Positions 23,401 through 37,500 of a stretch of DNA of 64,000 nucleotides are shown here, piece after piece. The translations under genes were made by a program, and so were the position numbers. Source of the DNA: Octopus sinensis (Eukaryota); NCBI RefSeq assembly GCF_006345805.1, contig NC_042998.1, positions 172,174,001 to 172,238,000 of the forward strand, given 5' to 3'. The notes beneath the pieces were generated by a model. It was not told where the DNA came from. It worked only from the letters and a program-made list of their open reading frames with translations, and did no database searches. How positions within the stretch are numbered: position 1 is the first letter of the stretch; every line of letters begins with the position of its first letter.

Positions 23401-24911
23401 GTTGAACTTGTATGGGCATGTAATATGAATGGTTAATATATGATAGGTAACAAAGAAAAAGAAAGAAAAATTCTTGAAATCAAAATAAAATGCACCTGTT
23501 ATAATACTTGTTTAAAGAAGCCCTGGGGAGAAACAGCAAAGTAATTTCTTAGATTACTGCACCTAATTCAAAAAGTGAAATAGATGAATTGGTGTGGTAG
23601 GTAACTATGGTGGTTGGTATAATTTTAATGGAAATATTCTTAACATAAAGAACTAATTTGATAATTTGGAATTTAACTGCTAGTTGTGTAATATTTTTTT
23701 TTAATATTTTGTTGGCATTAGTAAAGATGACCTCTGTAAATTAAGTTTGTGTGACTAAATACGAATTACAGCTCATTATGATATACAATCTATAATATTC
23801 TGCTTTTCATGTTGTTTGTATTATAAGTTCAAATCTTAGAAACTACCTTAAGTATGGAATAAAATCAAAGAAATAATCAAAATTAGAATGTGAAAGTTCC
23901 TTGAGTCCCAGTTCTTGCTGATGAAAAGCTTGATTCTTATTGATAAATGAATATTGCTCTTTTGGCAAATATGAGGTTTTAAGGTTTTATAGATTTACCT
24001 AATTTCTAATTTGGTGACTCCAAAAATAGCTTATATGTTTCAGGGAATTAAAAATAAGTAGTTATATTAATAACACACATACACACATTTTATTAGCAAA
24101 TGAAAAAGAAGTAAAAAAAAAACATTTGAAGTTCCATAATTAGTTCAAATTTCAGCTTGAAGAGCTAAATAATGACAGTTTATTGATTTAGCTACAGTAA
24201 AAAGGTTTGAAAATGATTGGTGTGATTTAGTTAAATTTGACAAGAATGCTTCCAAAATCTCCCAATCATTATTATAATTTATATGTTCAGTATTACACCA
24301 CAGATCTAGTCATTGTCCATTTCTCACCTTTGCTTTTATGTTCTACTGGTTAACATTTTCTGGTACCTTGAATTGTAGTTATGACAGCTTTGAGTTTGGA
24401 GAGTGTGTTTAATGCAGCAAATCTTTTCCATTTTGAAGCAGTAAATTATCAGCATTCTTCATTGATGTTTGCTATTCTCATTAACACATTTTCTGTGAAA
24501 TACGTAATCTAATTGTCATTGGTTTATTCGTACCTGTTTGCATTCTGACATACTCACTGAGAATTCATTTGGGGAGCTGTGCATGTGTCCTTCACCTGCA
24601 ATGCAAGAGAAAGGAGTGTTTCTTCTCATGAATTGTAATTTTAATGTAAAATAAATGAAATGTAGATGCTGACAAAATATTGGAAGAATATCTAAAGAGA
24701 TGTTGATAAGTTAAATGAAGATTATCGATGTTGGTTATAATTATGATTATAATTCTAAAAGAACTAGTAAGCTGAAAGCAATAATGTGAATAGAAAGATT
24801 AACTGTTGGAGGGTAATGTCAAAAGACAGGAAAAATCAATGTGTTTTTGTGTATACATGCTTGCACACTCATATGCATAAGCTGAATTCTATCCATGCAT
24901 ATAGACTTGTG

Positions 24912-25501
24912 TATGTTTCTATACTAATGTAAACTAAATTTTGGTAGGCCAATCCATTTTACTTATTTGTGTGATGGAAAAATTATTTCTTTCTTAACTA
25001 CTTCAGAGTATTAATTAATTCAACTGTTGATTTTAAAGTAACTAAGTATGAAATAGTTTCTTCCCCAGTTAGAAGCCAAATAGTTTCTGATTTAGGCACA
25101 AGGACAATAGTTTTGAGAAGGGCTTAGTTGATTAGTAATTGACTGTACTTTATTTTATCTACACCAAAAGGATGAAAGGCAAAGTTGACTGACAGAATTT
25201 CAATGTATAAATTTTGAACAAATAACAGATTTTTTCTGAATCTTTAATGATTTTGCCAACTCACCAAAATAGATGGGCTAATTAACACAACATATAACCC
25301 TTTATTTAGCATTTAAGTCAATTGTATCCAAACCAAATATTCTGCCTGTTTTATGGTCAAATCAACCAGATTTGGCCTTGTACACCTATCCTGCAATATC
25401 ATTCTAAAAATAAACATTCACATCATAGGAATCTTGAAGCTATGAGATAATGCATAATTAATTGAAAACTATGTCAATGAATAAACATTACATTTGATGG
25501 A
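24912..25501 (+). repeat. Old intronic duplication, copy 2
   Basis: tatgtttctatact...gccaatccattttactt...actaagtatgaaatag...ccagatttggcc...cattctaaaaataaa...ttacatttgatgga, shared in the same order with copy 1. Confidence 0.85.
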
Positions 25502-25559
25502 GTACTCTGACTGCTAAATGATTAAAAGGGAATCTCATCCTATGGTCAACTTGCCTTAA

Positions 25560-25780
25560 CCCTTTCGTTACCGTATTTGTTTTGAGATGTTCTGTATTTT
25601 TTTCAGTTGCTTGAAATATAACAAAAGAATTTAGTAAAATAACTTAGTCATCATTCAGCTAGTGTTAGGAACATAAATTGTGACTATGGTTTGGTGGAAG
25701 ATTTTAATTCAAAACTTATGAAAACAGGATATTTATACTCAGAGCCAGAGCTGGTTTCAGCTGGGTTGGTAACAAAAAGG
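25560..25780 (+). mobile_element. piggyBac-type MITE, family 2
   Basis: TTAA TSD. TIR CCCTTTCGTTACC ... GGTAACAAAAAGG. Reverse copy at 58874-59092. Confidence 0.85.
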
Positions 25781-27026
25781 TTAATAGATATATACACCAT
25801 TGAATTATGTTTGGAACCATAAATATTTTGAGAGTTTGAGCAATTATATAATATCAGAGCAATGTTTGCTTAGCTATCAGACCATCTAATAAAAGCCATC
25901 TGGCCACAAGGGGTAAAAGGAAATTTTCCAATTAGCCACACATGCTGGCCAAGTAGTTGTGTGTCTCATCTTGGAGCTCAACATAATTACTGTATGCCTA
26001 TGTAGAGTCAGTGGAATAGCACTTCAACCTCATGGCCTGTATTTTAATTATTAGGAAGAATTATTTAGAAAAGACTTGTTTTTAGTTGTCTTAAAAAAGG
26101 CTGTCTTGCTTTGGTTTTGGCCTAATCACTTGAGCATCTGGAAAGTTTTGTTTGGCTGTATTTATGACATTTTGTTGCAGTAGCCCTTCCTCCTCCCTTA
26201 AATAGTTAATGATAAATGCTTTTTATATGATGTTACATATCTGAAACTTGGAGCAATAAAAAAAAAAAAAAAATTAACTCAGTTTGGACTTAGACTTGTG
26301 AAATATTAATTTTAATATTATAATGCATTATAGTTTTCATTCCTAAAGCCTAGAAAAGAACAGATGTTTTTGGATTACCCATGTGTCTGAAAGCTATTTT
26401 TAATTTTTAGTATCTTACTTTTAATGTTTGTTTAGTTTTTTCTTGTAACCATTTTATTTTGGTTAGTGTACTAAGTTTGATCAAATGTTATTAATGTTGC
26501 TACACCTGTACTTTGGCTGTAGTCAACATGTTCAATTTATTATACAAAGAATGTTAGGAATCATGCTGGCAGGTAACTGAGTTAAAATGCCCTTTAACTG
26601 AAATTACTCATGCTTTATAAAGCCACATTGTAAGCATTTTAGTTTACATGTTATGAAGGTTTAGTTCAGTGAATTATTAAACATCTAAACCTTATTGGAC
26701 ATACAGTAGAAATGTTTTCTATCTCGAGTCCTATCAGAAAAAAAAAATTTCTTGTGGTATTTTGAAGAAATTATCTGTTCTCTTTCTCTTTGTCTCCTTT
26801 CTCTCTCTTACCCATGCATTAAGATGTAAATTCTATATTATATTTAAAATAACTTACCTTAAAGCATTTCATGAGATAGAAAATATATGAAGTGTTAATG
26901 TACACATATTTCTGATCTGTCGGATAAGAAAATTTAGTGTATGAGAGAGAAAATAGGATAAAAGGATTGCTTCTGGGTAAGAGGGAATATAATTTAAACA
27001 TTTTATGGATAGTTTAGTAATGGAGT

Positions 27027-27057
<31 letters not shown>

Positions 27058-30000
27058 CAAATTCTTGTTGGGGGCTGAGAATATTTATAAAATATGTGCG
27101 AAATTTCTCAAAATATGTAACTATCTCAGAAGGCTTTTCCCAGATTTCTATCTGTTCTTTTATGCAAAAATTTACTTCCTCTGCACACAAAACAAATTTC
27201 AAATTATCTATATCTTTTATAGAAATCTGACAATTACAGTAACTTGCTCTTTCCTGAAAGAGTTACATTGTTGTAATTATAAACTGTGATGCTATTGATA
27301 AAATTGCAACTTCTGTCTGCCAGTTTTTTCCCCCTACATAAACCACTCAGTTGGTTAGGATACTGTTCACTGTTAGTTGTAGGAACTTTGTAGAACTGAT
27401 GAGTGTTATTTGTTTAACCCAAGGTCATGTATGGCCAAAGTATGATCATTTAATATAGACCTAAATACACTTATTTTACATCCAGTTTCAATGTTTGCAT
27501 GAATCAAATATATTATTGTGACATGGTTTTACTACCAGATGCCCTTGTTGCTAACCCCTAGTTGGTTTTCATGTCAGTGATCTCTTATTTCACATTTCTC
27601 CAAAGGTGCCAGATAAGTTTTATGATTTGTTCACAGGAATTACAGCTATACTGCTTTGAAGCTCAGGAGTTTTGTCGGGTTTGAATGTACATACACAATG
27701 GGCTTTCATATTTCATCTTTCAAATTCACTCACAAAGCTTTGGTCAGTCTGAAGCTGTAAGTGACACCCAAGGTTTCATGCTGTGAGACAACCCGATACC
27801 ACTGGAGAGTGAACTTCTTAACTATACTGCCGTGCTTGCTTCTGAAAAATGGAATGATTATATCTGATTAACTTCATCTTTCTGCAGACATACTGTATTC
27901 AGAACTACTTTATCTAATGTGTCAGTTCCTTTTTAAGACTAGTGAAGAAATTAGGCTACTTGTAGACTGTCAGCATAGAAGCTCATCATTGACTCATTGA
28001 TGGATGTTAGTTTGGCAGGTTTAGCTCAAATACTCTGTGCTTAGGGATTACTCAAAACTACTCAATTATGTTTTTGACATTAGAGGAATTGCGTTTTGGA
28101 GGTACCTAAATGGGGCTTAACTGCTGTTAATCATTTTCACTTCTTTCATATACAGATTTTGTTGATTCTTTTCTTTATTCTTTTTAACATTGTCCTCTAT
28201 TCTTCATAATGTTGAGAATTAAAATACATTCAGAAATTCTACGGCATGAAGTATTTTCAATGAGCATTGTGTACTTATTTTTTTATTATTTAATAATTTG
28301 CAATGTTTTTAGTTTCTATAAGTTTCTGCCAACTTTGCAAATAACCAATCTCATCTCAAATTTTGATAGTTTTATTAACAATAATTAAATTAAATTGTCT
28401 CTTTGTAGTCCTTTTTATATTTTGATTTGGCCATAAATGTCTACATAGCTAGTTTGTTTGCTGTTGACATCTGTGTGTAGATGGAAGTTTAATTGTGATT
28501 ATTTGTGAAAAGGCTGCACCTTTTCTTTTCTCTTTTTTTTATCCAATAATTTGTCCTTCAAGAATTGTTTTACTTGGACACAGTACAATTTAGCTATTTG
28601 AAATATTATTAGTGAGCAGTTTGCTCATGTATTACTTCTAATTTTTATCCTTTTTCAATTTTCTATTGGACTGCTGTTATGCTGGGTCACTGTCAAAAAG
28701 GGTTCAGTCACATAAATTGACCTTATTTTTTAAATCTGACATTCTATTGGCCCCTTTTGCTGAACTGGTTGTTGAGTGGTGCATGGGGTACGAAGACCCT
28801 CTATACATAGACATAAAAACATATGATAGGCTTCCACCAAATTCACTCAAGGCATTGGTTGGCCTGAGTAGAAGACACTTGCTCAAGGTGCTGCACTGTG
28901 GGACTTAACCTGTGCAAAAACTGCTTGGTTGCAAAGTGAGCTTAACTACACAACTATTCCTGTCTCAACTAAGAGTGTTTTTTTCAAATGAGAAAATGTG
29001 TCTGTTTTCTAGTAGAATTGAGCTTTCCGAACAAGTCAACAAGGCTTTAGTGAGTATGGAGGAGACACTGCATATGATTTTGTATCAGTACTTATTAGCT
29101 TCACAGGTGTGATGTCAACTTGGAATAGAAAGCGACTGAATGATCACAATTTATTTTGCCCTGCACTCTCTTTGTCGCTCCGATACCTTTGCTGGTCTAG
29201 TGATTTTAGCTTAGATATATGATAGCTATAAATTAAAGTATTTAATAACACAATTTAAAAATCTCTTTCTGTTAACTTCTTTTATGAATACATAGTTATG
29301 TCATAAATTGATATGCTTTTGAAGTTATTTGGACTAAATTTAGAAGTAATCGTTTATAGAATATCTCATGTGAATTGATGTAAATGGATGACTCAAGTTT
29401 ATTTTGTATGAATTGCAACTGCTTAACTTGTAAAAGAAAAATCTCAGATCAAAATATAAGGGTAAAAATTTTTTCTTTCTGTCTGATGTGAAACATAGTG
29501 CAGTCTAGATATTCAATACAAAACACTTAAAATAATCAGATAAATACAAACTTTAAACTTAGACATGTGTATGTAAATTTCATAAATTGATAGTGTATAA
29601 GATTTCTGAAAGCAACTGAAAAAAATATTGCTTAGTGAGCACAAAAACATTTAGTATGTACTTGGAAAATCATTTGTAAAAGTATGGCAACTGGAAAAAG
29701 ATGTCAGCAATCAAGAGGAAAATTCAAACATTTGGGCAGCCTCATCAAGAGAAAAAGACTGATATTGAAAGTAATGATGGAAATTATGATGATTAACCTA
29801 AATAATGAAATTAAGGATTAATCATAAACCAATTTAATTTTGTTTTTTCTGTCTAAAAATGTCATAGGTTCTATTGTTATTGAAATGCTGAATGTTAATG
29901 TTAAACTATGAAGCTTGTTTCTAGTCTGTGTCTAATATGATACTCTGTTGAGTCATAGTGACTGTCTGGAACTTTGTTCATTAAAAAGTTACTGCTAGCA

Positions 30001-31166
30001 GTTTTATAGACAATGTTAAATTTGAGATGTATAAGTTGCATCTTGTTTTAGTTTTCTTACATATCTGATTTTATAGTGAGTGTAACCAGTATTTATCCTA
30101 TGGGCAGCATTTGTAGATGAAAAGTTTACTTCAATGATGCTTTGTGTCATTGATTCTGTCAATTGGGTGTGGTATATTTAATCCCTCTCTTTTGCCTAAC
30201 ATTTAATTCTACACCACCTGCCCTATCTGTCTCTTTCTCTTGAGTGTGGGTATGTAACACACACATACACATCACCATTATCATCAGTTAATGTCCCTGT
30301 TCATACTGGTGTGGGTTGACAGGTCTGATGGATCCAAAAACTTCATTGTGCTCTATCTGCGTAGGCATGCTTTCTGCAGCTGGATGTTCTTCCTAACACC
30401 AACCATTTTACAGTGTGTTATTGAGTGCTTTTTTTTCATGCCACAGTTGTTTTTGTTAACGGTTAGATTCAGAATTGCATTAACCAGTTTCACAGAAATG
30501 AGAAAAACATTCTCCAGTCTTTGGATGTTTGCTTTTGAGTAAAAAGGCTTTCACAGCTTCTAGGTAAGGCAGGTTATTTGATGATGAGTAAGGCTTAGTC
30601 TCATTAGCTGGTTTACGTCGTGTAGTGGAGTTGATAACTGTCAACTGGTGTTGGTTGCTAGCAGATAGGGGATAATACAGACTGTTGAATGCTACTGGGT
30701 AAGGCAGCCACTTGCTCGTGATTGATGCTATGCGAGATGCAACATCAGTACAGTGTACAGATGTAGTCCTCTTTGTTGTTAGAGATTCCAGTGAATGTAT
30801 AAAGTTGGATATTTAAATAAGTATCAGTAAAGATTTATAGAATTTATTAATTTATCACCCAGTTCCATTGTTTGCTCAGCTCTTGTATAAAGAAAATAAT
30901 GAGCTGTTGGTGTATATAGATAAAAAATGGTGGGATAGTATTAACAGCTTATGGTTTAACTTGTTAGCATTCCGATTACTCTGACGTGTATAATACTTAT
31001 TTATTCACATTTTGAATTAATCATGCATTATCTCATAGCTTTGAGATTTCAATATTGTTTGTTTATTTCTTTTAAGTTGGGTTTGAGAGCCCAGATCTGG
31101 TTGGTTGAACATAAAACAGGTAGAATATTTGGACTGGATATCCAACCTTTCACACCTGCCCTACAG

Positions 31167-32670
31167 TCGTCATCATCAACCGTTGCTTTCCATGCTGGCA
31201 TGGGTTGGACAGTTTGACTGAGGCCTAGCACGCCAAAAGGCTGCACCAGTCTCCAATCTGATCTGGCAATCTGATCTGCCTAACGCCAACCACTCAGAGA
31301 GTGTAGTGGGTGCTTTTTATGTACCACTGGCACGCAGGCCAGTCAGGCAGTACTGGCATCGACCACACATGAATGGTGCTTTTTATGTGGCACTGGCAAT
31401 GACCACACTCAAATGGTGCTTTTTACGTGATACCGGCATGGGACCAGTCAGTTGGCACTGGCATCAACCATGCTTGAATGGTGCTTTTTAAGTGCCACCA
31501 GCACAGGTGCCAATCAGGTGGTACTGTCATCAGCTATGACAATGACTTCACTTGACTCAACAGGTCTTTGCAAGTGAAGTTTATTACCCAGTGATTCAAG
31601 GGTACTCTTAAATGGGCCGGTTATACTGCACTGACATAGGCCACAGTTATGGTCTCAAGCACAGCATCTTTCCAAATGTCTTGGTCACTTGTCATTGCCT
31701 CTGTGAGGCCCAACATTTGAAAGTTGTACTTCACCACCTCATCCCAGGTCTTTGTGGATCTACCTCTTCCACAGGTTCCCTCTACTGCTAGTGTGTGATA
31801 CTTTTTCACACAGCTGTCTTCATCCATGACCATACCAGTGCAATTGTCTCTCTTGCACACCACATCTGATGTTTCTTATGTCCAGCTTTTCTCTCAGGGT
31901 GTTTATATTGTTGTGTATGCACATAGACATTACACATCCAGCGGGGCATGCTCGCTTCATTCCTCAGCAGTCATGGCCTATGTTTCACTGCCATATAGCA
32001 TGGCTGTTCGCACACATATGTCATACAGTCTACCTTTTATTCTGGGTGAGAGGCCCTTTGTCACCAGCAGAGGTAAGAGCTCTCTGAACTTTGCCCGGGC
32101 TATTCTTCTAGCAACTACACTCTCAGAGCATCCACTCCTGTTACTGACTTGGTCACTTAGGTATCGAATGCTATCAACTGCTTCTAGTTTTTCTCACTGG
32201 CATGTGATAGAAGCTGTTTTCTGCACATTTTCAGTGCTTATTGACCCTGAGCATTTGCCACACACAAAAACTATCTTCTCAGTTAGCCTTCTTTTGATAT
32301 TGCTGCACTTCTTATGTGTCCATAGCTTACACCAGGTACATCTTATGGAGTTTCTACCTATGTCTTTTCTACAAATCAAGCAGGGCCATCTACCTGAAGA
32401 GATTTGTAGTTTGCCTGCCTTCCTACTTATTAGGACTTTGGTTTTAGCTAGGTTGACTCTAAGGCCCATCGATTCTAGATCTTGCTTCCACACCTGAAAC
32501 TTCTCCTCTGGTTTTGATAGTTACTCAGCTATTAGAGCAAGGTTGTCAGCATAGAGAAGCTCCCAGGGGCATTCTGTCTTGAATTCCTCTGTTATTGCCT
32601 GGAGGTCTATGATGAATAAGAGGGGGCTGAGAACTGATCTTTGGTGGACTCCTACCCAGAATTCTTCACA
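31167..32670 (-). mobile_element. 5'-truncated RTE-clade LINE with degenerate RT and embedded PHD finger
   Basis: Minus frames read GVHQRSVLSPLLF...WELLYADNLALIAE* (YADD>YADN plus a stop), KQDLESMGLRVNLAKTKVL, a C4HC3 cluster, then EGTCGRGRSTKTWDEVVK...SDQDIWK. Repetitive 3' UTR and (TGA)n tail. Confidence 0.92.
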
Positions 32671-33512
32671 TTGTAAAAATGTATGATCATTTCATCAAGA
32701 TCTTGAAGCTTTTGAGTTAATGCATGAAATATAGAAAGACACATGTGCTCATACATGGAGAATAGATGGTAAATGATGGTATACATATATGTATGTATAT
32801 ACACATGTGAGTATATGATACTTGTGTGTGTGTGTGTGTGAAAGAGAGAGATCCTTAAAAAAATATCGACCATAACATTTTAGTATATTTTTAATTTCTT
32901 ATCTTTTATTTTAGTTCTTACTGACTAGATGAGTCAAGAACTCTTTGTGATATTTGAAAATTGTTGTGGCATCAATTTAAACATAGTAAGGAGATACATT
33001 AGTTGCCCCACCTTCTAGAACTGAAATAGAAAACACCTCATTCTGTAAATAGCTATAATCCTTTTAAAATAACACTGACAGATTATTCAATATTCCACAT
33101 TAAATATGAGCCGAGATATTAGCTAAATATGAAATAATTTGTATAGAGTATATAATTTGACTAGCTGAATTTTTTCTAAAGCTACCTAGTTGATTTAGAG
33201 GAGATGACCTATATGAAAGAGAATTCAAAGCTGTAGCTCTTATAACATTTATATTTCTGTGTGTGTTTTATTGTCATTGGTTTCAGTTGTTATGCTGTAG
33301 TCATGCTAGCGTGCAATCTTTGAGTTTTTTTCATTTGATCATATTAATTCTACTTATTTCAGCTTGATGCTTAGTTTAATGAACTGTATTTAATGACTGG
33401 CTGTTACCTAACTGGCATAAAGGGACACATTGACACACTTGTTTACACCAGCATACAATCATTCATATATATATATATATGTGTGTTTGTATGAATATTC
33501 ATCATCATCATT

Positions 33513-33753
33513 TATTTCTTTACTACCCACAAGGGGCTAAACACAGAGGGGACAAACGAGGACAGACAAACAGATTAAGCCGATTACATCGACCCCAGTG
33601 CGTAACTGGTACTTAATTTATCAACCCCGAAAGGATGAAAGGCAAAGTCGACCTCGGCGGAATTTGAACTCAGAACGTAGTGACAGATGAAATATGGCTA
33701 CACATTTCGCCCGGCGTGCTAATGTTTCTGCCAGCTCGCCACCTTACACAATA
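33513..33753 (-). mobile_element. SINE (same family as 9426-9660) between ~147-bp direct repeats
   Basis: Reverse complement of the 9426 copy. Flanks 33365-33512 and 33754-33899 are near-identical. Confidence 0.9.
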
Positions 33754-33887
33754 TGATGCTTAGTTTAATGAACTGTATTTAATGACTGGCTGTTACCTAA
33801 CTGGCATAAAGGGACACATTGACACACTTGTTTACACCAGCATACAATCATTCACATATATATATATGTGTGTTGGTATGAATATTC

Positions 33888-34597
33888 ATCATCATCATTG
33901 TTTAACGTCCGCTTTCAATGCTAGCATGGGTTGGATGATTTGACTGAGGACTGGCGAACCAGATGGTTGCACCAGGCTCCAGTCTGATCTGGCAGAATTT
34001 CTTCAGCTGGATGCCCTTCCTAATGCCAATCACTCCGAGAGTGTAGTGGGTGCTTTTACGTGCCACAGGCACGAGGGCCAGTTAGGTGGTACTGGCAACA
34101 TCCATGCTCAAATAGTGTTTTTTACATGCCACCTGTACAGGTGCCAGTCCAGTGGCACTGGTAACGACCTCACTCGAATGTCTTTTGTACATGCCACTGG
34201 CACGGAAGCCATTCAGCTGCTTTGGCAATGATCACACTCAGATGGTGCTCTTAGTGCTCCCCTGACACGAGTGCCAGTCATTGAATTTGATTCAGTTTTG
34301 AATTCATTTGCCTCAACAGATCTTCGCAAGCAGAGTTTAGTGTCCAATGAAGGAAAGGTACGCATAAGTGGGCTGGTTACACTCCTGGCATAGGCCATGG
34401 GTTATGGTCTCACTTGGCTTGCTGGGTCTTCTCATGCACTGCATATTTCCAAAGGTCTTGGTCACTAGTCATTTCCTCGGTGAGGCCTTTTGTTCAAAGG
34501 TCGTGCTTCACTACCTCATCCCAGGTCTTCTTGGGTCTACCTCTTCCGCAGGTTCCCTCAGTCAATAGGGTGTGGCACTTTTCCACACAGCTATCCT
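33888..34597 (-). mobile_element. 5'-truncated RTE LINE 3' fragment
   Basis: (CAT)n tail, 3' UTR tandem array, and RT C-terminus (...GTCGRGRPKKTWDEVVKHDL...). Confidence 0.9.
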
Positions 34598-37500
34598 TGT
34601 GCTTTTGCACAGTTTGTCATCTAACCAAATTTTGCTCAAAATGCTCTCCTATAGGATTGATATGCATAGTTGTGAAGCCAATTTTATCTTAAGACACATG
34701 CACTTCCTTTTGATTTGAATTTAACTCTTGCTCAGATCAACCTTGCCCTTCCATGCTTGATCAATAAAATATTGAAGTACTGGAGTTGACAGAATTTGCT
34801 GACACTTTTTGTGGCCATCTCAGCAAGCCAGCAGTCCATAGACTGAAACCAATAAACCAGTACAATAATATGTATTACAAATGTTAATACCTAATTAGCT
34901 TATATTTGATATGAGGAATATGTATTGCTGCCAAATATGAATTGAAACTATATTATGAAAAACACAAGTTTATTTGAGGCTCTAATTTTTATGTATAGCT
35001 TAAAACAAGTAGATCATATTCAACAGGTCACTTGTAGAATTTAGTAACTTAGCCTCTGGAAATGTGCTCTTTGTGTATACTAGTTCTTAGAGTGCTTCCA
35101 TATCCAGAAATGTAGAGGCTACTTATAGGAGCATTATAAAAATTCCTTTGAAATTTCTTGTAGTTTTATTCTGTTATGGAATGCAGCTTTTTGATTTCTG
35201 TGATAAATTGGATAAAGGGGGCTGAAGGTGGAGAATTTAGTGAATTTACTGATCTGTACAAAACAGAATTATTTCATTTAGCTGTAAAATAGATAACATC
35301 AAGAAGAATGGAAGAACAGTTGTTTAATATAATTTACCCTCATGATGGGTACTTAGTCATATTAGCAGGATATATTAAATAAAGGTGAGGATGAACAGAT
35401 TGCTATTGACATTATTTTTTTTTTCTATGTCCCAAAGAATGTTATATTTATGCTGTTGGATATGTATAGCAAAGAAGAAATTATTGTGGGAAGAAATGTT
35501 AAATTTTTTTTTTCTAGTAGCTGTGGGCATATCTGCTTTGGGCAGATATGCAGCTTTGAGAAAACAATGAAGCACTTTCTACTTAAGTAACTTGTAGGTC
35601 TTGCACTTATGCCAAACATCATTGTAGGCTGATACATTGCTACATATTCTACATACAATGATAGGTTGTATGGGTTGTTGTGTGGCAGTCAGCAAATTAC
35701 AACTAGTCTGGCTATATATATGTTCAAAATATTCTGGATGGATAAAGTGAATTTTGTCAGTGCATGGTGAATATGACATAATTTAAGAGAAATGCTTGGA
35801 ACTTCAGTTATAACAGGTTAGCAAGGAATATTTGTAGTCACTTGGCTTTTTGTGTGTAGTTACTTTTTAAACAAAACAGTGCTTTCTATATTAAAAATGG
35901 AAACCAAATATAATAGAGTCAACGAAAAAAAACCCAATCTCTACTCTCTAGCACTGCCGTGAGTGCTGCATTTGTGTGATGATGGAAAATATTCCATCAA
36001 TATTGCACAAGTGATGTTGGCATCAGTTTTAAAATCCACCCAAGACTTGGCTCCTGTGCTATCTGCCCATAACAAAAATTGAACTGAAGACACATAGCTA
36101 CTTTACCTCAACCGGTCCAGCTTTCTTCAATATGCATCAAAATAGAAACGGATCCCATAAAATTCAAAAGTACTCTGGTCAAATTTTGCCAAAAAATCCT
36201 GGACCAACCTCCTACACCCAGATATGTCGCCAACAATAATAACACTTTTTTGCTAGAGTGGACCAGACATGAGACCTCTACTGGCTGAAACCTATTTAAG
36301 GTAATGTAAAACTTTGCTCACAGCAAAATTGGTTAAAACACCAAATAACTGCACTGTCAAGCACTCTAAATGAAGTACTACATATAATGTTTGGTGTGAG
36401 GAATGGGAGAGAGAAAGAGACTGATATGGTGAGGTAACTGGTTTGTTTTTATTTAGCCCCAGATTGTCCCTCCTTAAGCTGGCCTATGATCAAAGGTATT
36501 AAAAAAATGTTCTTTTTTCTATTTAAGATGATACATTGGAATTGAAAGATATAACTTGCTTTTCCTAGCAAGTCAAAGAACCACTTTGAGGTCTCTTTCT
36601 AAGCTGGTTAGTTTCAAGTGAGAGCGAGCTGTAACCAATAATTCCAGAATAGCATAAAAATTGCCAAGAGAGAATAATCCTAGGTGAATTGATAACAATT
36701 CTTAGCAATTGAAACATTAAATCATGAATTTCTTTTCTATATTTGTTTGAACAGCTTCAAAAAACCTGATCATTAAATTTTTGTTTTGATCCCCTTTGCC
36801 AAATAGCCTTTTACTTCATATCTAGAATGATGTTTCTACAATCTTTTATAAAATCTCAGTTTATATATCTTATTTTTGATTATACTGTAGTGGGTGACTG
36901 AAAATAAATTAGTACTATTAGACAAGAAATAAAATATTTTGAGATAACAGTTGGTTTAACATTTCTATTACTAACAGCTTTTTCATACCATTTTCTTACG
37001 AATTTGTTTCCTTCATCATCATCATCATCATCATCGTTTAACATCCGAACTTCAATATTTTAGTTACTTCTATGAAATATACTTTTGCTTCATTAAGATT
37101 ACTGGTTATAATAGAAACAATCACTTCAAATATTAGCATGCCACTATAAGCCTGCATTAATTCTGAAAAATAGATGCTTGGATCATGACGTAGTCACAGT
37201 TGTTTCCTCATGTTATGGCTGTTTACTGTGTTTGATCAAAATATTTCCAGTGAATGAGGCCACTCAGGACTATAGTAAAACCTATCTTGTCAATTGTTGA
37301 AATAGGCTTTCATGATGAAAGAAATAAAATAAATACAAATGTTTAATGTAATGTTTATCTTATCTCATAAATCATCTTTAATTTATTAATAGCACTCTGT
37401 AGAGATATTGTATAATTTCTTTTCTTGTGTTATCAAGCCTCTAATTTATTTTAACTTTTTATCTTAACCTAGTCCAGGTGTTTGTTTTGCCTGTTTGAAA

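Noticed and set aside
31826-32497. 223-aa plus-strand ORF, the longest in the window
   Set aside because: It is the antisense shadow of the RTE reverse transcriptase frame.
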